Shown piece by piece: positions 51,518 to 60,961 of a stretch of 64,000 nucleotides of DNA; the stretch's first letter is position 1, and each line of letters begins with the position of its first letter. Source of the stretch: Phycisphaerae bacterium (GTDB taxonomy: Bacteria; Planctomycetota; Phycisphaerae; SM23-33); the NCBI GenBank assembly GCA_016782885.1, contig JADHXQ010000007.1, positions 2,313 to 66,312 of the forward strand, in the 5' to 3' direction. Under the pieces are notes generated by a model that saw only the letters and a list, made by a program, of their open reading frames with translations, had not been told where the DNA came from and did not search any database. The position numbers were made by a program, and so were the translations under genes.

Positions 51518-53752
51518 CTATTTTCGAGACGCCATGTCATAACTCAGCATCGGGACCTGCATGTATCCCATCGCCGCATGCGCCACGTCGATGCGGTATA
51601 TAGGGTCCTGCATCAGGCAGACGCGGCGATCGGACGCCGGAATCGTTGTCGAGTAGATTCGCATTTCACCCGCCACCGAGACGATCAGTTCTTCTCGCCA
51701 GTCGCCCAGAACATCCGCAATCGCAACCAGGCGGCCTGGGAGTTTCCCGAGTCGCGACCCGTTGTACTTCTCGATCCGCCCGCCGCGGATGAGTTCGCGC
51801 TGCGGATCGGCGTCCCAGTACGCGGCCCGCGGAGCAAGCCCGCCAATATCCTTTGTGCCCAGCACTTTTCCCCTGGAGTTGCGAAGCCAGCGTTTGTCTT
51901 TCAGGTCTCGCTCTCCACTGTAACACTCAGCTCCGGGCTGATCGGGGTCAATATCGCTCACCAGACCGGATGAGTGGATGTGAATAGTAGGCTTATCGTG
52001 CCCCCAGAGCAGCCGCCCGGTCGCGGCGTCGACCATGCACATCCCGTTTCGCGCCTGCCTGGTCTCCATACCGTAATATATCTCCAGCCCCCGGCGATTC
52101 GGATCGAGATCGCCCACGTAGCAGTGGTCCGGGTGGCCCAGTCCGGTGGACCACAGGCTCATCCCGTTGTCATCGATTACGGCAGAACCGATAACAACCT
52201 CGTCCCGCCCGTCGCCGTCGACGTCCGCGGCGTGCATCCAGTGGGCGCCCTGGCCCCAGTATTTGCGAGGCTCTTTCCTGTTGCTCCAGGTCCACAACTC
52301 GCGGAGCTTGCCCGCGTGAAACTCATACGCGGTGACGATGATAAGGTTGTACGTACCCCGCTCGACTATCAGGGACGGCGTCTTACCGTCCAGGTACGCC
52401 ACGCCAAGCTGATTTCGCGACGCGTAGTTGTACCCGCGCGAACCGGTGAACAGCTTGCGGGCGGGCCAATCGACCCGCGCGCGGGCCTTGCCCGTCAGGC
52501 CATCGAGAATGGTAAGATATTCCGCCCCGCCGCGAACCTTGCCTTCGGCGTCTCGCGGATCGCCGGCACCGGTCTTCACGGCTATTTCGGCCTTCCCGTC
52601 ACCATCGAAATCCCACACAACGTACGGGGAATACCAGATGCCCCGCTCGATCGCCCAGCCCATATCGTATCGCCACAAAAAATCGCCATTGGCGCGGTAA
52701 GCTTCGAGCTTGCAGGTGTCGGGGCTGCGTTTCCAGTATTTATACCAGGGGTCGATGTTGTCGCGCGGCTGCTTGATAACGAAGTCAAACCGCCCGTCGC
52801 CGTCCAGATCGGCGATACCGGCCTTCTGGAACGTGTAGTCGCCCTTGAGTTTGACGCTGCGGTAGCCCGTCGCTTCGCCCGGACTTGCCTGGGCGGACCT
52901 GCCGGACGCCCCTTCCTTGCCGGCAACGACCGGCCGAACGAAGTACTCGCTGACCTTGCCCGCGGGCGCCGAACTGTCCAGAAAATCGGTCGTCTTGCCG
53001 ACGGGGGCGCTGCTGAGCGGCACGGTCTTGGTCGAGCCTGTGCGACGGTAGACGTTAAAGGCGATATCCTTGGGATCATCAGCAAGCAGGCGCCACGACA
53101 GATAGACCTTATTCGCCCCTGCCGGTAAGACGGTCAAACCGCGATCGAGGCGTTCTGCGACACGAGTTTTGGCGTAACCCTTTATCTTCGGTCGGGGCTT
53201 GACCGCCGCGGGCTTCCACGGTTCGATCGTTACATCGTCCACCCACGCCAGGGTCTTTCCATCGCCGACGAAACGCACGTATATCCGGTCGCACCCGTCG
53301 GGAGTCTCGACCGGAGCTCGAATCAGCGTCCATCCGCCAATCGGACCTTGATCGACTGAACCGATATCCCACGACATCAGCTTGCCCTTGCCCTTTGCGA
53401 CCACCGCCAGAGTAACGTGCCCGGAGGCAACCTTAACCCACGCCGAGGCGCGGAACGTTCGCCCCGGTCTGGCCGCCAGCATCGTCTCGCTGGAAAACGC
53501 CCAGTCACGCGGGCCATCGTGGCGGATACAAACGCTCCGCTTACCTGCATAACGCTCACGATCGGTCCAGAAGGCCGAACCGACTTTCGTTCGCGACCAC
53601 CAACCCCACCCCTCGGCTGCCTCACCCTTGCCCGCCTCGAAATCAGCGTTAACGATCTTCAAACCGCCCTCATCGCCCCGGGCCTCAGCGCCGATCGGTA
53701 ACGCAGACGCCACCAGCAAAATCGCACCAATTAACCTGTTCATTGCTCTCAC
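51518..53752 (-). CDS. Secreted FG-GAP-repeat beta-propeller protein with an N-terminal CBM4/9-like module and an FN3-like module (rhamnogalacturonan lyase PL11-like architecture)
   Basis: The N-terminal jelly-roll (NADFEAG...W...VDDVTIEPW) is CBM4/9-like. FG-GAP/Ca-binding DxDGDG loops (ADLDGDGRFDFVI, DFDGDGKAEIAV, ADVDGDGRDEVVIG). Confidence 0.65.
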   Translation of the reverse strand: MRAMNRLIGAILLVASALPIGAEARGDEGGLKIVNADFEAGKGEAAEGWGWWSRTKVGSAFWTDRERYAGKRSVCIRHDGPRDWAFSSETMLAARPGRTFRASAWVKVASGHVTLAVVAKGKGKLMSWDIGSVDQGPIGGWTLIRAPVETPDGCDRIYVRFVGDGKTLAWVDDVTIEPWKPAAVKPRPKIKGYAKTRVAERLDRGLTVLPAGANKVYLSWRLLADDPKDIAFNVYRRTGSTKTVPLSSAPVGKTTDFLDSSAPAGKVSEYFVRPVVAGKEGASGRSAQASPGEATGYRSVKLKGDYTFQKAGIADLDGDGRFDFVIKQPRDNIDPWYKYWKRSPDTCKLEAYRANGDFLWRYDMGWAIERGIWYSPYVVWDFDGDGKAEIAVKTGAGDPRDAEGKVRGGAEYLTILDGLTGKARARVDWPARKLFTGSRGYNYASRNQLGVAYLDGKTPSLIVERGTYNLIIVTAYEFHAGKLRELWTWSNRKEPRKYWGQGAHWMHAADVDGDGRDEVVIGSAVIDDNGMSLWSTGLGHPDHCYVGDLDPNRRGLEIYYGMETRQARNGMCMVDAATGRLLWGHDKPTIHIHSSGLVSDIDPDQPGAECYSGERDLKDKRWLRNSRGKVLGTKDIGGLAPRAAYWDADPQRELIRGGRIEKYNGSRLGKLPGRLVAIADVLGDWREELIVSVAGEMRIYSTTIPASDRRVCLMQDPIYRIDVAHAAMGYMQVPMLSYDMASRK

Positions 53753-53891
53753 TGCTCCATTCCAACCCGGGCGGTTAGCACTCGAGGCCTCCGCATGTTA
53801 CGAGCCGCAACCATTTTCTGCAATGCGATTCTATTCGCAGCTTATTACAATCAGAGCGTAAGACACCCCTTAACATTAAGGAACTAAAACC

Positions 53892-55133
53892 ATGTTTGGA
53901 ATGGGACGAGTGAATACTTTTCTGTGTGCGGCGGCGATATGCATTGCAGTGTGTGCAGCCGAGGCGGCCAAAGTTACTGAAGCCGATAATATCCTGAAAG
54001 AAACGGGCGTTGAGGGCGGGCTGGTTGTCCACTTGAACTGCGGCGACGGCAAGCTGACCGCCGCGCTGCACGCGGGCGACAGCTATCTGGTTCACGGGCT
54101 CGATACGGATGCGGGGAACATCGTCAAAGCGCGCAAGCACATCAGCGGACTCCGGCTGCAGGGCAAGGTATCGGTCGCTCACTTCGGGGGCGGGAGCCTG
54201 CCGTACGCGGATAATCTCGTCCAGTTGGTCGTGGCGGAGGAGATTGGCAAGGTCTCCATGGCTGAGGTCATGCGAGTGTTGTCGCCGCTTGGCGTCGCCT
54301 ACGTGAAGAAGGACGGGAAATGGACGAAAACTCCCAAGCCCTGGCCTGAAGATATCGACGAGTGGACACACCACCTGCACGACGCCGGAGGGAACGCGGT
54401 TGCAAACGATCGCATTGCCGGTCCGCCGCGCCGTCTCCAGTGGACAGCCCGACCCCTCTGGGCGCGAAGCCACGGGTATACGCCCAGCGTCAGCGCGATG
54501 GTCTCAGCGTCGGGGCGGTTGTTTTACATTTGCGACGAAACGCTGACCGGCGCGGGCCCCGATGCGGTCAGCAAGTGGAGCCTGATCGCTCGCGACGCCT
54601 TCAGCGGCGTGTTGCTGTGGAAGCGCCCAATACCCGTATGGGGCTCCGCCGAGTTCAGCGGAACGCCCGATATCGGCGGAGGCGCCGGTTCGGTCGGGCG
54701 CTTCACCATGCCTCCCAATCTGGCCAAGCGCCTGGTGGCAGTCGGCGACAAAGTTTACGTAACGCTGGGCCCGCAGGCGCCCGTGACAGTTCTCCAGGCC
54801 GCAACGGGCAAAACGTATCGCGTTTACAAAGAAACCGCCCGCGCCGATGAGATCCTCTGCACTGGCGGCAAGCTGATCGTATCGGTCAACCCGGCTGTAA
54901 AGATCGAACCACCCGTGCGAACCAAGATCACCGCCCCCGCGCCGGCGCCGGGCAAGCACGTGTGCGCGATCGATCTGAAGACCCAGCGTTTGCTCTGGAA
55001 GAAAGGCCCCTTCGCACCCGTCCGCACCACCAAAGGCCAGGACCCCCTCGGCAGGCTCGAACTGGCCGCCGGCGACGGGCGAGTTCTCGTTCTCACACGG
55101 GAAGCAGTGAAACATCGCACCTTCTTGATCTGA
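53892..55133 (+). CDS. Secreted protein: class-I SAM-methyltransferase-like N-terminal domain fused to PQQ-like beta-propeller repeats. Short paralog of the 60962 ORF.
   Basis: AAGGA Shine-Dalgarno and a signal peptide. MTase-like motif I (GGLVVHLNCGDGKLTAAL), an acidic beta-2 end (VHGLDTD) and motif II (LPYADNLVQLVVAEE). About 45-50% identity to the N-terminal ~400 aa of the 60962 ORF. Confidence 0.7.
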   Translation: MFGMGRVNTFLCAAAICIAVCAAEAAKVTEADNILKETGVEGGLVVHLNCGDGKLTAALHAGDSYLVHGLDTDAGNIVKARKHISGLRLQGKVSVAHFGGGSLPYADNLVQLVVAEEIGKVSMAEVMRVLSPLGVAYVKKDGKWTKTPKPWPEDIDEWTHHLHDAGGNAVANDRIAGPPRRLQWTARPLWARSHGYTPSVSAMVSASGRLFYICDETLTGAGPDAVSKWSLIARDAFSGVLLWKRPIPVWGSAEFSGTPDIGGGAGSVGRFTMPPNLAKRLVAVGDKVYVTLGPQAPVTVLQAATGKTYRVYKETARADEILCTGGKLIVSVNPAVKIEPPVRTKITAPAPAPGKHVCAIDLKTQRLLWKKGPFAPVRTTKGQDPLGRLELAAGDGRVLVLTREAVKHRTFLI

Positions 55134-55154
55134 ACGGATTTTGCATTTTCCCCC

Positions 55155-55183
55155 TTGCGGAAATCACGATAATCTGTTATAAT
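55155..55183 (+). promoter_or_regulatory. Consensus-like sigma-70 promoter (TTGCGG-N17-TATAAT) driving a ~270-nt leader before the PEP-CTERM gene
   Basis: Exact 17-nt spacing and a perfect -10 hexamer. Predicted transcription start near 55190. The CDS starts at 55453. Confidence 0.4.
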
Positions 55184-55452
55184 ATCACCATTACGAAGTC
55201 CGTTCCTGTTTGGAGCGGTTAACCGGATTCGGTCTCGGCCGTATCGTCTCGCCGCAGACGTTGAGCCCGTCGAAGCGAGCTGGACGAGAACATCGAATCA
55301 AAAACGAGGACAGGAGCGCATACTCGCTCCAAAGCACGTTTCTTGCCCGAGGCAACTGAGCCGATACGCATGCAAAGCGATTTTGATGCGCTGAAAACGC
55401 GTCATCGCGCCAAGTACCCGGCCCCAAGAGAGAAACTAAACGGAGTAGAACC

Positions 55453-56211
55453 ATGAGCAAACCGACGTCATTTATCGTCTGCGCACTTGCGGCAGCACTG
55501 CTGCTTCACGGAGTAGCCGAAGCAACTATCATCAGCTCTTTCGCCACAGCGGATGTTTCTGACGATGGCAGCGGCCTGACTGCCTCCGCCAAAGCCACCG
55601 TCACCACCGGACCGGGCTACATAGAGATCCTGCTGCAGAACACGTCCGAAAGACAGGATAACTTCAAGGATTCCGGTCTGTCGGCTAATCCGTTCATCAC
55701 GGAACTGCAGGTCTCTCTGGCTAGCTACACCATCATCGCGGCCGACAGTCACATCCGGTCTGTCGATGGCGCCCTGTTCGCCCAAGGCGCCGGGAATGAA
55801 GCGATTACCCTGGACCCGCGTAACCTGAGCTACAAGGTAATGGTAACCCATTCTCCGGGCATGGACCCCACATTGCTGTTCGGCGAAGCCGACAACAAGA
55901 GAAACGACAACACACTGGCCAGCATCAGCGCCCTCGACGCCAACGGTGTCCCGCAGGAAGGCTACGCAGGCGGTTTCCTGAACCCATCACCCAACAGCGA
56001 CAGCGGTGCGATATTCGATTCGGCCTTGTTCCATTTCGCCCTGGACACGACCGACACGCCGGACGAAAACTCCTGGACAGACGAGAACACACTGGTTGTC
56101 AAGTTCCAGGGCGGCGGCTACAGCCGGCGTGTACACAACCCCGAGCCCGCGACGATGTGCATGCTGGCGGTCGGCGGGCTGACTCTGCTGCGCCGGAGGC
56201 GACGGGCGTAG
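55453..56211 (+). CDS. PEP-CTERM sorting-domain protein (exosortase substrate)
   Basis: GGAG Shine-Dalgarno and a signal peptide. C-terminal PEP motif (HNPEPATMCMLAVGGLTLLRRRRRA), a TM helix and an Arg-rich tail. Confidence 0.8.
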   Translation: MSKPTSFIVCALAAALLLHGVAEATIISSFATADVSDDGSGLTASAKATVTTGPGYIEILLQNTSERQDNFKDSGLSANPFITELQVSLASYTIIAADSHIRSVDGALFAQGAGNEAITLDPRNLSYKVMVTHSPGMDPTLLFGEADNKRNDNTLASISALDANGVPQEGYAGGFLNPSPNSDSGAIFDSALFHFALDTTDTPDENSWTDENTLVVKFQGGGYSRRVHNPEPATMCMLAVGGLTLLRRRRRA

Positions 56212-56312
56212 AAGCCGCTGACACCAGACCGGATTGACGATTCCGAGCACCCCGAGCGCTGCCTATGCTTTCACCTCCCGTATGCCGTCAGACTATCCAC
56301 CCAGGCCGGCGA

Positions 56313-56792
56313 TTACCTGGCGGCGGGTTTGGTGGCGGACTTGGCGTCTTTGTCTTTGGCGCGTTTGATCTTGTGGGACCCGTGGCAATCGGTGCAGACC
56401 GGGGGGCTTACCGTGAGCTTCTTCTCGATCCAGCGTTTGATGACCTTCTCCGGCGCGGCGTCGTGGTGCTCGTGACACTTGCGGCAGGAGCCATTGACCT
56501 GGTCTCGCTTGAAATAGATATCCGGTTTGGTCGCGCCGATGTCTTCGTCATTGGCGTGGGCGGCGCTGGTGCCGTGGCAGTCGATGCAGTAGACCTTGTG
56601 CTTCAGGTGAAGACGCGACATCGGTTCCTTGACGTAGGTCATGTGGCAAACGTAGCAGGCGGCATTGGGGCCCAGCGGGTTGTTCTTATCTCCGGCCTTC
56701 ATCGCCGAATTGCAGAGACAGCCCACGACAAACAGCATCAGGCCCACAACGGTTGCACAGCCCAGCAGGACAAGCGAATTGCGAGCGATCAT
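56313..56792 (-). CDS. Membrane-anchored tetraheme cytochrome c (NrfH/NapC/NirT family-like)
   Basis: ATG at 56792 forms an ATGA overlap with the upstream AKR stop. N-terminal TM helix. Four CxxCH motifs (CYVCH, CIDCH, CRKCH, CTDCH). ~160 aa. Confidence 0.8.
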   Translation of the reverse strand: MIARNSLVLLGCATVVGLMLFVVGCLCNSAMKAGDKNNPLGPNAACYVCHMTYVKEPMSRLHLKHKVYCIDCHGTSAAHANDEDIGATKPDIYFKRDQVNGSCRKCHEHHDAAPEKVIKRWIEKKLTVSPPVCTDCHGSHKIKRAKDKDAKSATKPAAR

Positions 56793-57844
56793 ACGGTCTC
56801 CCACTGGTGCAGCCACTTGTACTCGGGCGTGATGTGTGCGTAGTAGTTTTCGGTGCACTCGCGGATGGCGGTCTTGTCGGCCTTGGTCGCCGTCTTGCCC
56901 CGCTCGTAGGAGCCTTTGACGTTCTCTACAAGCTGCTCGGGGATATTCACGCCGGGGATAATTGCTGACAGGCGTTTCTCGGCGAGCATCTCCCTGACCA
57001 GTACGTGCGCCCGCTTGTCAACGCGGCCTTTGATTTCGCGCGGCTTGAGTCCGAACGTCGTTCCCGCGCCGAACGGTTTCAGGCCGATAATGCCGACGTC
57101 CTTTTCCTGTGCGAGTTTCAGCAGGCTGTCGCCGCCGAACTCTTTCGTCAGGAACAGGTACGGGAAGATCACGACCGAAAACTGCGGATACTCGTTCAGC
57201 ACGCGCCGGAAGACTTTCGGATTGTGCGCCGAGATGCCCAGGAAGCGCAGCTTTCCGGATTTGCGGGTCTTCTCGAAAACGTTGGCGACCAGGTCGAGGG
57301 TCTTTGGGGTCACATCGAGCATGGTGGCGATCTTCTTCTGCCCCTTGCCCCAGGTCGCCCCAACCGGGCGCCAGATGTCCAGCATGTCGGTGTTGTACGC
57401 CTTGAGGCGCTTGTCGATCTCGCTGACGAGGAGCTTTTCGGTGAGGTTCTTCTCGTACTCCTCGGTGATCTTGACCGGCCAGCTTGCAAAGCCGATGTAG
57501 AACTTGTCCCGCTTACCGACGGTCGCCTTGGCCATCGCCTGCCCGTACAACGCGACTTCGCTGGCCATGTTGGTGTCGAGGTAGTTCATGCCCAACTCGA
57601 TAGCCTTCTCCAGCACGGGTACGCGGTCTTCGGGCTTCCTGCCACCGTGTCCGCCCAAGCTGACTTCGGAGATCATAAGCTCGGTTTTTCCGAGGCGGCG
57701 ATAGCCCATCTTCGGGTTGTAGTTGAGAATTTTCTGCTTCTTGGCCGGTTCTTTGGCCGAAGCGATCGAAGCGGCCGCACCTACCGCCACAGCCGCCGAG
57801 GTTGCACGAAGGAAGTCACGTCGTGTGGGTTGCGATGGGACCAT
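56789..57844 (-). CDS. TAT-exported aldo/keto reductase family oxidoreductase
   Basis: TAT signal TRRDFLRATSAAVAVGAAASIASA. AKR TIM-barrel motifs (LGKTELMISEVSLGGHGG, NYLDTNMASEVALYG). Confidence 0.85.
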   Translation of the reverse strand: MVPSQPTRRDFLRATSAAVAVGAAASIASAKEPAKKQKILNYNPKMGYRRLGKTELMISEVSLGGHGGRKPEDRVPVLEKAIELGMNYLDTNMASEVALYGQAMAKATVGKRDKFYIGFASWPVKITEEYEKNLTEKLLVSEIDKRLKAYNTDMLDIWRPVGATWGKGQKKIATMLDVTPKTLDLVANVFEKTRKSGKLRFLGISAHNPKVFRRVLNEYPQFSVVIFPYLFLTKEFGGDSLLKLAQEKDVGIIGLKPFGAGTTFGLKPREIKGRVDKRAHVLVREMLAEKRLSAIIPGVNIPEQLVENVKGSYERGKTATKADKTAIRECTENYYAHITPEYKWLHQWETV

Positions 57845-57932
57845 TGCCGAAGCTCCTTGTTGTCGGGTTCATCGAGTTAGTCCGTACATAATTATGATAT
57901 CGGTCGCAGATGCGAATTACCACCCGGGAAGT

Positions 57933-59369
57933 TCATTTTGCGGTGAGCTGGCTTTTCTTCAGCGTCAGCGTGTAAACGGTCTTCTTGTCGATCGTAATGC
58001 AGGCGAACGTCATTTCCGGGTCCGGTTTTGTCAGGTCGAAATTCAGCATCCCGAAGAAGTTGCCCTTGTTGTACGAAAACAACGCCTGTTTCCTGGTCTT
58101 GTGCGTGTGGTTGTTCGTCAGCTTTGACGTTTCGAATTCGTACAGCGTATATCCGTTTGGGCGTTTGATCTGGTAGACGTCGGTCCGGTGGCGGTCGGCC
58201 GAGATGAGTATCACCCCGCCGATCTTCTCTTTGTCGATGAGCGAGAATATCTCCTCGCGCTCCTCCTTGACGCCCCACCATGAGTCCTTTCCGCCCTTGT
58301 CGGCGGTCTCGGTCCAGAGCGTTCCCGACGCGATCACTTTAAAGGTCGCCCGGGAGGCCTTGAGTTTCGCCAGCAGCCACTTCTTCTGGACCGGACCCAG
58401 CATAGTGCCATTCTTCCATGAACGATAATACCGCCCGTCGGTCATGAAGAAGTCGACGTCGCCGATCGAGAAATCATACCAGCACCCGGGCTGCCTGGCG
58501 CCGCCGCCGTAGTACGGATTGACCCAATTCTCGGTGAACACTTTCCAGACGGGCAGCTTCCAGTCGGGCTTGAACGTTTCCGGACCGCCTTCGCAATCGT
58601 TGTCGCCGAAATCGTGATCGTCCCAGATTGAATAGATCGCCGCGCTCGCCGTCATCCGGCGGAACTCGGGCCTCAGTTGCCTGCGGTAATAGTAGAGGCG
58701 CTGCGTATTCCGCTCCATGGGCAAGTCGATGTAGACATTGTCGCCCAGGAACAGGAACGCTATCGGCTTGAACGATGCGATGGTGTCCCAGATGTGTTCG
58801 TATTTCGGATTGTATCTCGCCCCGCCGCCAAAACCGACGGAGAATTTGGCCTTTTGTTTCTTCGAGGGGAACGTGCGGAATACCGGACGCTTGGGACCCA
58901 TGGCTCGCAAGCCGTCGACGACAACGTCGTAATCGTATTCCGTAGCAGGCTGAAGCCCGGTGACTTCAGCGATGGCGGTAAGGTCGGCAGCCTTTGTGGT
59001 CTTGACAATTTTGGACCGGCGACCGGGAGCAGCGTTGCCCGGAAGGGTAACGATAACCTCGATGCTCGCCTCCGCCGGCGTGCGGACCCAGAACTTCGCG
59101 CTGGTGTCGGTGACACATCCAAGCATCGGCCCGCCGAAAAACTTGATCTTGTGTTTTGCGATCTGGGCTTTCAGTTCCGCGTTATCGCAGACCGTCGCGA
59201 GCGACGCGTCGGCGTCGGCGCCCTTGCCCAGCAACTTCGCCAGCACGGGCTCCAACTCGCCGAGCACGGGCATGTCGGCCGGAGTGGGAATCATCGGCTT
59301 GGCAACCACGTACCCGCCGGCTGCGAGGATGGCTGATACCAGAAGCAATATAGTAATACGTTTTGTCAT
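57933..59369 (-). CDS. phoD: PhoD-like alkaline phosphatase / calcineurin-like metallophosphatase, secreted
   Basis: FLFLGDNVYID, WDDHDFGDND, and a PhoD N-terminal-like beta-sandwich. Signal peptide. Confidence 0.85.
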   Translation of the reverse strand: MTKRITILLLVSAILAAGGYVVAKPMIPTPADMPVLGELEPVLAKLLGKGADADASLATVCDNAELKAQIAKHKIKFFGGPMLGCVTDTSAKFWVRTPAEASIEVIVTLPGNAAPGRRSKIVKTTKAADLTAIAEVTGLQPATEYDYDVVVDGLRAMGPKRPVFRTFPSKKQKAKFSVGFGGGARYNPKYEHIWDTIASFKPIAFLFLGDNVYIDLPMERNTQRLYYYRRQLRPEFRRMTASAAIYSIWDDHDFGDNDCEGGPETFKPDWKLPVWKVFTENWVNPYYGGGARQPGCWYDFSIGDVDFFMTDGRYYRSWKNGTMLGPVQKKWLLAKLKASRATFKVIASGTLWTETADKGGKDSWWGVKEEREEIFSLIDKEKIGGVILISADRHRTDVYQIKRPNGYTLYEFETSKLTNNHTHKTRKQALFSYNKGNFFGMLNFDLTKPDPEMTFACITIDKKTVYTLTLKKSQLTAK

Positions 59370-59381
59370 ATTCTGTTCCTG

Positions 59382-60839
59382 TCAGGTTTTGTCCAGCCAT
59401 TTGGCCATATCGGGGCGTTTGGGCTGGGGGTCATAGAATCGAGCGTTCCTGCCCGCCACGTTGTAATCGCCGATATCTTCCCTCGCCCACTTGGCCAGTT
59501 TCAACAACCTGGCCACCACTTCGGGGTTCTTGTCGGCGAGGTCCTTCCGCTCGCCGATGTCCGCGTCGAGGTCGAAGAGCATCGGTTTGGGAATATCGAT
59601 AACGTCTTCCGCTTTTATGTGCCGCGCCCAGCGGGGCGTCCACGGCGGCTGGGCCGCGCGGGGCAGGTGCAGCTTCCACTTGCCCGACCGCACGGCCTGG
59701 AGGTGCGTGTGAGCGTAGTAGTAGAACGCCTTTGTCGGGCTCTTGGCGCCAGGCCTGCCGTGCATCAGGGCGGAAATGTCGTGACCGTCTATTACCCGGT
59801 CGCCGGGCGGTTTCGATCCCGCAAGGGCGGCCAGCGTGGGCATCATGTCCAGCGTGCTGGCGATCTCGCCGCAGACCTTTCCCGCGGGAATCCTGCCCGG
59901 CGCGCGCATGATGCACGGCACGCGCAGGCCCCCTTCCCACGTTGAGGTCTTGGCTCCGCGGAGCACCCCGGCGCTTCCGCCGTTTGCCTTTTTGATTACC
60001 CACGGACCGTTATCGCTGAAGAACAGGACGTATGTCTTCTCGTCTAGCGAAAGGGATTTGACGGTATCCAGGATACGGCCTACGTTCCAGTCGATCTCCT
60101 CGATAACGTCACCGTACAGGCCGCGTTTGGATTTGCCCTTGAACTGCTCCGATGCGCCAAGGCGCGTGTGAGGCATGGTGTGAGGCATGTATACCAGGAA
60201 CGGTTTGTCCTTGTTGTCGGTGATGAACCTGATCGCATCGTCGGTGTACCGTTTCGTCAGCGTGTTCATGTCGGCGCGCTTCTCGATGACCTTCTCGTTG
60301 CGGAGAAGGTTCACGACAGAGTCGTTGCTGGTGGGCGTGCCGAAGAAATAATCGAAACCCTGGCGCGTGGGCAGGAGTTTGGGATCGTATCCCACCTGCC
60401 GATGTCCGGCGAGGTCCCACTTGCCAAAGCAGGCGGTGGTGTATCCCGCGGTTTTGAGAACCTCGGCGAGAGTTATCTCTTTGGCGTGCAGGTACGGGTG
60501 AACGTCGACCTGGTTGTTGCGCTTCGCCGCACGCAGCGGATAGCACCCGGTCATAAGCGCCGCCCGCGACGGTCCGCAGACGGTCTGAGCGTAGAAGCTG
60601 GTGAACTTCATGCCCTCTCGCGCCATCTTGTCGAGACGCGGCGTGCGAATCTGTTTCGAGCCGAAACACCCGATATCCTCGTAGCCCTGGTCGTCAGTGA
60701 AGATGATGATAAAGTTCGGTTTCTTTTCCGCGGGCGCCTCGGCGCCGATCGCCCGGGGCAACTGCAATGCAGCGGCCGCCAGAGACGCCGCCTTGAGAAA
60801 ACTGCGTCTTGATACGCTCGTGTCGTGCGTGGGGGGCAT
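59382..60839 (-). CDS. Sulfatase (Cys-type, formylglycine-dependent), TAT-exported
   Basis: ATG at 60839 gives the TAT signal SRRSFLKAASLAAAALQLP. CGPSRAALMTGCYP (C-x-P-S-R), IIIFTDDQG, GKWDLAGH. Confidence 0.9.
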   Translation of the reverse strand: MPPTHDTSVSRRSFLKAASLAAAALQLPRAIGAEAPAEKKPNFIIIFTDDQGYEDIGCFGSKQIRTPRLDKMAREGMKFTSFYAQTVCGPSRAALMTGCYPLRAAKRNNQVDVHPYLHAKEITLAEVLKTAGYTTACFGKWDLAGHRQVGYDPKLLPTRQGFDYFFGTPTSNDSVVNLLRNEKVIEKRADMNTLTKRYTDDAIRFITDNKDKPFLVYMPHTMPHTRLGASEQFKGKSKRGLYGDVIEEIDWNVGRILDTVKSLSLDEKTYVLFFSDNGPWVIKKANGGSAGVLRGAKTSTWEGGLRVPCIMRAPGRIPAGKVCGEIASTLDMMPTLAALAGSKPPGDRVIDGHDISALMHGRPGAKSPTKAFYYYAHTHLQAVRSGKWKLHLPRAAQPPWTPRWARHIKAEDVIDIPKPMLFDLDADIGERKDLADKNPEVVARLLKLAKWAREDIGDYNVAGRNARFYDPQPKRPDMAKWLDKT

Positions 60840-60961
60840 GGCTTTCTCCTGGGTTTTGAACTTTACACCCGCAGGATACCCCGCCGACACCGCCGGAGCA
60901 ATGTTGGAATTCCGCATGATCGGCGTAGTATAATCGTTACACCCCTTAAGGAAGGTGAGTT

